Source of the DNA: Desulfobacteraceae bacterium
GTDB taxonomy: Bacteria; Desulfobacterota; Desulfobacteria; Desulfobacterales; SURF-7
Reading direction: 5' to 3'
Assembly (NCBI GenBank): GCA_003599865.1
Contig: QZKS01000020.1
Span: forward strand, 134,420-198,419
Length of the DNA: 64,000 nt
Shown one piece after another: positions 58,585-64,000 of the stretch. Within the stretch, counting starts at the first letter, position 1, and each line of letters starts with the position of its first letter. A program made the position numbers and the translations under genes. Below the pieces are notes generated by a model. The model did no database searches. It was not told the DNA's origin and saw nothing but the letters and a program-made list of their open reading frames with translations.

Positions 58585-59636
58585 TTATCATTCACTCTTC
58601 TGATTGCAAGCCCCAAACAAATGGCAGCTTGTGGTGCCATCTTGTTTAAATAAGCCATATCCAGCTGGTTCTCGTTAATTTTCAACTTTTCAAAAGGATT
58701 GATGATGGATACATCTGTAGAGGTTTGTACAGAAAGAAGTTTCCGGAACTCTTTGATGTTGGCCCCTCCACCACTTAAAATGATTTTACCAATCTGATCC
58801 TCCGGATACGTGGAATAAAAGAAATCAAGTGCTCTTCGGATTTCAGTAGTCCATCCGGACACAACAGACGATACAATATCATTTAAGTCACCCGGGTCGA
58901 TCCTGTCCTGATTTTCATTATGCTTCAGTTCCTCAGATTCTTCTATTGAGCAGTCAATCTGTGAAACAATTTTATGATTTATCTGACTGCATCCAAGGGA
59001 CACATCCCTCATAAAAACAGAAGCGTTATTTTTCATGATGTTCAATGATGTTTTATTTGCCCCGATATCAATCAATGCAACACAGTTTTCAGTGGTATCA
59101 TAATTCACCTCAAAAATATTTTGAAGCGCAAAGGCATCGACATCAACAATACAAGGGTTCAAACCTGCCAGCTCAATCACATGAAGATAATCACTTACCA
59201 TCTCCTTTTTGGCAGCGACCAGAAGAACACTCATTTGACTGGGGTTGCTTTCACTCCCCCCAAGAATTTGAAAGTCAAGATTCACATCATTGATATCAAA
59301 TGGGATATATTGTTCTGCTTCCAAATGAATTGTTTCCTGAAGCTGTTCTTCTGACATGCTTTGAACATTGATTTTCTTTACAATGACAGAATATCCGCCT
59401 ACGGAAATTGCGACATTCTGCTCCTTCACATTATAAAGCTTAAAAAGCTGACGAATAGAGTCAGCTGCCCCCTCAGGATTTTTAATTCCGTCCTCTTCAA
59501 TAATTCCAGGCGCAATATCCAGGGCACCAAATTTAAGTAACGTTTGCCCGGCTGAAGTAGACTCAACCTCTCCTACTTTTATCGTTCTGGATCCAATGTC
59601 CAGTCCAACGAGATGATCTTTTTTGCCAAATAGCAT
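58581..59636 (-). CDS. pilM: Type IV pilus assembly ATPase-fold protein PilM
   Basis: Actin-like fold motifs (LVGLDIGSRTIKV, IDIGANKT, ILSGGGA). 351 aa. Confidence 0.9.
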   Translation of the reverse strand: MLFGKKDHLVGLDIGSRTIKVGEVESTSAGQTLLKFGALDIAPGIIEEDGIKNPEGAADSIRQLFKLYNVKEQNVAISVGGYSVIVKKINVQSMSEEQLQETIHLEAEQYIPFDINDVNLDFQILGGSESNPSQMSVLLVAAKKEMVSDYLHVIELAGLNPCIVDVDAFALQNIFEVNYDTTENCVALIDIGANKTSLNIMKNNASVFMRDVSLGCSQINHKIVSQIDCSIEESEELKHNENQDRIDPGDLNDIVSSVVSGWTTEIRRALDFFYSTYPEDQIGKIILSGGGANIKEFRKLLSVQTSTDVSIINPFEKLKINENQLDMAYLNKMAPQAAICLGLAIRRVNDK

Positions 59637-59645
59637 GGTTAATTC

Positions 59646-59846
59646 CTAATCGCCAAAAATTTTATTCTTGTCAGAAAGTTTAAACCCGAGAGCCAAAAGT
59701 ATTTTCCTTTTGGTCTCCATTCGACATGGCTGGCCCTCTTCTATACGGGCGATCGTAATGGGAGAAACATTGGCTTTTCTGGCCAGTTCAGCCTTGCTCA
59801 TCAGTAGAGATTCTCTAATTTTATGCAAAGAATTGTTCTTAGCCAT
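59646..59846 (-). CDS. XRE-family helix-turn-helix transcriptional regulator, first gene of the pilMNOPQ unit
   Basis: 66 aa with the LMSKAELARKANVSPITIARIEEG HTH. It ends 9 nt before the pilM start. Confidence 0.8.
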   Translation of the reverse strand: MAKNNSLHKIRESLLMSKAELARKANVSPITIARIEEGQPCRMETKRKILLALGFKLSDKNKIFGD

Positions 59847-59947
59847 AATTCTTCTACCTTGCTACAGTTGACGATTGATGTGACCTGAATTCTTTATTGA
59901 TAGTAAAGTCACCTAAATTCATGTCGATTATTATCTTTAGGACATAA

Positions 59948-60265
59948 ATTATCGTAGATTATCGTTAAGTCAAGTAATTTTTATATAATTTTTATATAAT
60001 TATATATAATTCACATGATATTGTGTCTATTTAACGATAAATACAACATCTGGTAGTGTTATTTTTTAAAAAAATGCATAAAATCAGCTGTTTTTTTTAA
60101 AATCCGGATTTACATCCCTCCTTATTTTCTGTTTTTTTAATCGCAAATAACCAAAAAACACCCATTCGTATAAAACTCTATTTAAATTAAGGATGTTTTT
60201 TGAATTGATGATCAATTACCAATAAAGTTAGCAAATATCTTTTATAATGCTCTTTATTTATCGTG
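59948..60265. promoter_or_regulatory. Four copies of a TTATCGT motif (candidate operator half-sites) upstream of XRE-pilM
   Basis: ATTATCGT occurs at 59948-59955 and 59958-59965, exactly 10 bp apart. An inverted copy AACGATAA is at 60033-60040 and a direct copy TTATCGT at 60258-60264. Confidence 0.4.
59976..60010. repeat. Short AT-only tandem repeat
   Basis: AATTTTTATAT occurs twice in tandem (59976-59997), followed by the degenerate AATTATATATAAT. Confidence 0.8.
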
Positions 60266-60402
60266 AATTCTGATCTTGAGAGGAAAAAATAATATTGAGT
60301 GCAACAAATCAGCAAGGGGCATCCGCTATTATGCACTATATTGATGATAAAATATCAGTCTCCATTACCCGTGTCAATGAATTAGTTCCTACAGGAGGAT
60401 AT

Positions 60403-60537
60403 ATGCTGAAAATAAAACCTAACAATAATTCGGTATCCTTTTCATGGAAACATTCTTCCAACCGGTACAGCGGCGTTCTTCCCGCAAGCGTGCCCAAAAC
60501 CATGACAACCCAACGGTCCGATCTCATTGCAAATTAA
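60403..60537 (+). CDS. Candidate 44-aa small protein, no recognisable family
   Basis: AGGAGG lies 5 nt before the ATG. It encodes MLKIKPNNNSVSFSWKHSSNRYSGVLPASVPKTMTTQRSDLIAN. The ORF track lists a longer TTG-initiated version from 60295. Confidence 0.35.
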   Translation: MLKIKPNNNSVSFSWKHSSNRYSGVLPASVPKTMTTQRSDLIAN

Positions 60538-60622
60538 ATTCATCCGGTACCACTGAAAAGGGGCGTCGAAAGTGTGTTCTATGACCAACAACCATTCATC
60601 ATCTGTTTTCCTTACAATAGCC

Positions 60623-61318
60623 CTATTGGGAAAGATATTCTTTTGCTATATCCGCATAGAGGGGACTATTAAAATCGGATATGATTTTCTTATACGCATC
60701 CAGACGTTTGTCTTCTCTGTCCAGTTTTCCATAAATCCGGCCGGCATTAAAAAGCGCCTGGTCTTTCATTAAACCATCGGGATCCGCGACTACCTTTTCA
60801 AAGTATGCAATGGCTTTCTCATTCTCCCCTTTAGCCTCATGGCAAAGTCCGAGCCCTGTCTGAATCAGATTCAGAAACAATTTATGATGGCCAAAAGACT
60901 CTATGGATTTCTCATATAACGCGATGGCGTCATTATACCGATCTGCCGAATAATAAATATTTGCCAATTGAAGCATCGCAAACTTTCCCGCAACCGCCCC
61001 GGGATATTTACTGATAATCGCCTTGAAGTCCCCTTCAACCAAACCGCAGATTTCCACAGGTGTTTTTTCATTTTGCATTTCGTTATACTTATTCATTCCC
61101 TGATCCAGAAGATAAGACGCCTGGCTTTCCGATAAACGTGAAAAATACCGAGCCGTTGAAATTCCAATGATCAATAAAAAAAATACCCCAAGGCCAATGC
61201 TGATTCGCACCTTGTGTTTGATGGTATATGCAAATATTTTGCTCAAGTTTTCAATAACTTCATCCGGCTGTTCAAGTTCTTTTTTTCGGGAAAGTGACAC
61301 TTCATTATATTTAGCCAT
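60623..61318 (-). CDS. Membrane-anchored TPR protein (YfgM-like)
   Basis: N-terminal TM anchor (ISIGLGVFFLLIIGIST) followed by TPR repeats. Confidence 0.6.
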   Translation of the reverse strand: MAKYNEVSLSRKKELEQPDEVIENLSKIFAYTIKHKVRISIGLGVFFLLIIGISTARYFSRLSESQASYLLDQGMNKYNEMQNEKTPVEICGLVEGDFKAIISKYPGAVAGKFAMLQLANIYYSADRYNDAIALYEKSIESFGHHKLFLNLIQTGLGLCHEAKGENEKAIAYFEKVVADPDGLMKDQALFNAGRIYGKLDREDKRLDAYKKIISDFNSPLYADIAKEYLSQ

Positions 61319-61394
61319 TTTACTCTCTCTTTTTTAAACGATTTATATTGGTTATTAAATATCCCCTCATACGCTGTCCGGCCCCCCAAAGTCA

Positions 61395-62402
61395 CTACTC
61401 CGGAATCAGCAAACGAATCCTTTTCCACCCTTCTTCCGGAATATTTGCACCTACCACCTGACACACCTCATAACCGCAGGCGGAGGCCAGCTGCCCGCAC
61501 GCTTCAACCGTAAACCCATTCACCAGTCCATACAGGAACCCGGAGGCCCATAAATCACCTGCTCCAGTGGTGTCAATCGCCCTGCCTTTTCCAGACCCAA
61601 TAGCTTCAACCCTCACAATATTTCCATGATCCGCTATATAGCTCCCCTTCTGACCAACCTTCAGCACTGCAATTTCGGTTTTTTCAGATAAGGCCGATAT
61701 TGCACTTCTTTCATCTGAAAAGCCGGTAAACACCCGTGCTTCATCCTCATTGGCAATGAGGATATCCACATAGTCCTGAACAATACTCATCAGAAAATCC
61801 TTTGCCTGTTCAACAACTGTAAAACTGGCCAAGTCAAGGGATATGGCAGCGCCGGCTTTCTTCGCCGCTCGCAGTGCAGTTGTCATTAATTCCCGATTAA
61901 ACAGCAAATATCCTTCAAGATGAACAATTGCAGAATCTGCAAAACAATCATCGGTTATCTCATGGGGGAATGTTTCGGAAGAGGCTCCTAAATAGGTGAG
62001 CATTGTTCTCTGAGCGTCCGGTGTGATAATCGACAACACACGCCCTGTAGGAGACATCGATTGAAATAAAATCGGTTCAACCTGATGTTTCTCAAGACCA
62101 TTTGTGAACAAATCGCCAAAATCATCCTGGCCGCACTTGCCCACAAAACGTCCCTGCCCCCCCAGACACGACACGCCGATAATCGTATTACAGGCAGATC
62201 CGCCTGGAACAATTTTCTTTTCCGATCTGGTACCGGAAAGGATGGCATGAATGGTATCTTCTCCCACAAGCTCCATCCCGCCCTTGGCAGCGCCTGTTGC
62301 TTCAAGAAAAGAATCGCTTTCATGGATCAGAATATCCACAAGAGCCGACCCTAGACCGGCAATCCGTTTTTTTCCTTTTGGAACTACCTCCTGAATACTC
62401 AT
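61395..62402 (-). CDS. PfkB-family carbohydrate/nucleoside kinase (adenosine kinase-like)
   Basis: N-terminal GLGSALVDIL, PGGSACN, and the C-terminal PfkB signature DTTGAGDLWASGF. Confidence 0.8.
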   Translation of the reverse strand: MSIQEVVPKGKKRIAGLGSALVDILIHESDSFLEATGAAKGGMELVGEDTIHAILSGTRSEKKIVPGGSACNTIIGVSCLGGQGRFVGKCGQDDFGDLFTNGLEKHQVEPILFQSMSPTGRVLSIITPDAQRTMLTYLGASSETFPHEITDDCFADSAIVHLEGYLLFNRELMTTALRAAKKAGAAISLDLASFTVVEQAKDFLMSIVQDYVDILIANEDEARVFTGFSDERSAISALSEKTEIAVLKVGQKGSYIADHGNIVRVEAIGSGKGRAIDTTGAGDLWASGFLYGLVNGFTVEACGQLASACGYEVCQVVGANIPEEGWKRIRLLIPE

Positions 62403-62426
62403 TTCAATCCTCTCTCATGAAATCAT

Positions 62427-62891
62427 CTACCAGACCAAAGATTGATAAATCCATCCCTTGTCCCCGTCGGCATGCTGGACATAGATCCAACCTTCCTTTC
62501 TTTCCAAAACTTTAAACGGAATTCCTTTATCCGTTGTAAATATAACCGGCTTGTCCTCCCCCGGCTCTGACCGTACATTGCACTTGTCCTTTATCGTTAT
62601 CACCGTATTGATTTCCCCCAATAACGATCTGTATATCCATCCTTCATCTCCTTCAAAATCACGAAAGCGGCACCACTTTTCTTTTGTTTCGAGGACAATC
62701 AACGGGTGATATTTTTCAACTTCCCACAATGTATCATAATTTGTGCCTGGGCCGGATCGAATGTTTGCCTTTGAAGATTTTACAGCCAACCGTTCAGATG
62801 AGACAGCTGACTCCGGTAAAAAAATCATGGCCGCTATAAATGAATAGAACATTATTTTGAAAGTATTGCCATAACATACTGAATATTTCAT
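62427..62891 (-). CDS. Secreted protein with two bacterial SH3 domains
   Basis: The start lies 5 nt after GAGG. It has a signal peptide and two repeats of the pattern NIRSGPG...W...GW[IV]... The longest ORF to 62978 would overlap the upstream gene. Confidence 0.7.
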   Translation of the reverse strand: MKYSVCYGNTFKIMFYSFIAAMIFLPESAVSSERLAVKSSKANIRSGPGTNYDTLWEVEKYHPLIVLETKEKWCRFRDFEGDEGWIYRSLLGEINTVITIKDKCNVRSEPGEDKPVIFTTDKGIPFKVLERKEGWIYVQHADGDKGWIYQSLVW

Positions 62892-62938
62892 AAATACCTC
62901 ATATCTGCATCCCATGCATTCGGCATATCCCGTTAGGA

Positions 62939-63592
62939 TTATGCATGATAAAAAATAAGATCCGGCAGCTTCACACAAGTCAGGCTGTTACCGTAAACCG
63001 CACCGGTATCAATACCGATCTTGTTGGACTGAACAAGGGGAGAAGCCAGCGGTGTGTGGCCGAAAACAATTTGTTTCCCGAAATTATGCTTTGATTTAAT
63101 AAATTTCTGACGGATCCAGAGCAGATCATCCTGGGACTGATCTGCAAGAGCCTTTTTTTCCTTGAGTCCGGCATGAACAAAAATGTAATGATCAGTCTCA
63201 TAAAAAAGGTCAAGATTTTTAAAAAATTCCATATGTTCTTTTGGAATGAAATCTTTTCCAGGCTTATAGCCGTGTCTGGAATAACTATCGATTGTCTGGC
63301 GTCCACCGTTTGACAGATATGCAAACCGGTCAACACCGGCAAGATAGTTTTCAAACATCTCCTCATGATTTCCTTTGAGGAAAATTATGTTTTCCTGTTG
63401 TTTTTTGAGTTCGATCAAATAATCCACAACTTCATACGAACAGGGGCCGCGATCAATATAATCTCCAAGAAATATCAGCAGATCGGTTTTAAAATTAATA
63501 TCCATCTTTCCGATTAACATTTTCAGTTTTTCAAAACAACCGTGGATATCCCCAATAGCAAATAGATTGTTCATGACACCGTTATGATTCAT
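62939..63592 (-). CDS. Metallophosphoesterase (PPP-family Ser/Thr phosphatase / ApaH-like)
   Basis: GDIHG, GDYIDRG and GNHE motifs in order. Confidence 0.85.
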   Translation of the reverse strand: MNHNGVMNNLFAIGDIHGCFEKLKMLIGKMDINFKTDLLIFLGDYIDRGPCSYEVVDYLIELKKQQENIIFLKGNHEEMFENYLAGVDRFAYLSNGGRQTIDSYSRHGYKPGKDFIPKEHMEFFKNLDLFYETDHYIFVHAGLKEKKALADQSQDDLLWIRQKFIKSKHNFGKQIVFGHTPLASPLVQSNKIGIDTGAVYGNSLTCVKLPDLIFYHA

Positions 63593-63968
63593 TTTTCATT
63601 TCGTCGTTTGGTTTCCTGTCGAGGATATCATCCTTTAAACGTCATTTGATAATCACTCATACACATTTCATCAAAATACCAAGAGGAGCGTCACCATCAA
63701 CCGGATATGAAAAGCTTGAACCGGCTCCTCACCGATCATCCGGGCTTCAGAATAACTTGGCTCTCTATAACAAAACAAAACCATGCTGTCGAGAATACGT
63801 TTATGCAAAGTGGATGATTTTAAGGCCGCTGACTAAAAACCCGATTAAAAAAAACAGCCGGACGGAAAAATTGTTGCGTATCCCTCTTGGATTGAGATAA
63901 TAAAATCAAAATTCAGTTCCGACGGAACAGAATCATTTTGTATCAAATTTAATAACGCGGGAGAAAAA

Positions 63969-64000
63969 ATGCACTACGAAGGTAATGTTATCCGTCCGCC
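63969..64000 (+). CDS. 5' end of a CDS truncated by the window; possibly another radical SAM protein
   Basis: GGGAG lies 5 nt before the ATG. MHYEGNVIRP resembles the conserved YEG.(I/V)(I/Y)RPPSEA N-terminus I recall from one radical SAM family. Only 10 codons are visible. Confidence 0.3.
   Translation, partial: MHYEGNVIRP

Noticed and set aside
59976-60010. AT tandem repeat considered as a CRISPR-like or minisatellite array
   Set aside because: It has only two 11-nt units plus a degenerate third, with no spacers and no cas genes. It is a low-complexity AT repeat.
63646-63900. 84-aa plus-strand ORF in the 376-bp gap before the terminal CDS
   Set aside because: It has no RBS, a basic low-complexity product and no family resemblance. 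The gap more likely holds the promoter or leader of the edge gene.

Overview
The window looks like a chromosomal segment from a sulfate-reducing Desulfobacterota (Desulfobacterales-like) genome. That inference rests on a complete dsrMKJOP operon plus PEP-CTERM, PHA and type IV pilus genes. All calls come from reading the sequence and ORF track and from remembered family motifs; no homology search was run.

Gene content, left to right:
- A PHA locus: 5'-truncated class I phaC, a DUF3141 alpha/beta-hydrolase and three tandem phasin-like paralogs.
- A sigma54-driven PEP-CTERM/DUF4114 protein.
- A cluster of a B12-type radical SAM, a second radical SAM and a DXD glycosyltransferase.
- A DHH-CBS protein and a small siroheme-type sulfite reductase.
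- A HEAT-repeat response regulator, an amidohydrolase, a DMT transporter and a second B12-radical SAM/TPR protein.
- A signalling module: two periplasmic binding proteins, a hybrid kinase and a receiver-kinase.
- An EndoIII-like protein, a DUF368 protein and a CorC/HlyC transporter.
- dsrMKJOP with an upstream accessory gene.
- A stand-alone cNMP-binding protein.
- An 11-gene Mrp/Mbh-like antiporter module (E-F-G-DUF4040-B-C-D-D-two micro-ORFs-D).
- sbcB, several small genes, pcm, an RCK K+ channel, MTHFS, serS and thrC.
- A pilotin-like TPR lipoprotein and XRE-pilMNOPQ.
- A 0.78 kb AT-rich repeat-bearing spacer.
- A YfgM-like TPR protein, a PfkB kinase, an SH3b protein, a metallophosphatase and the first codons of another likely radical SAM gene.

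I recognised no rRNA, tRNA, CRISPR array, transposase or integrase.

No system here is demonstrably novel. The best candidates for under-described biology are the MrpA-less Mrp-like module next to dsr, the DUF3141/phasin/radical SAM neighbourhood, and the repeat-rich region upstream of the pilus operon.
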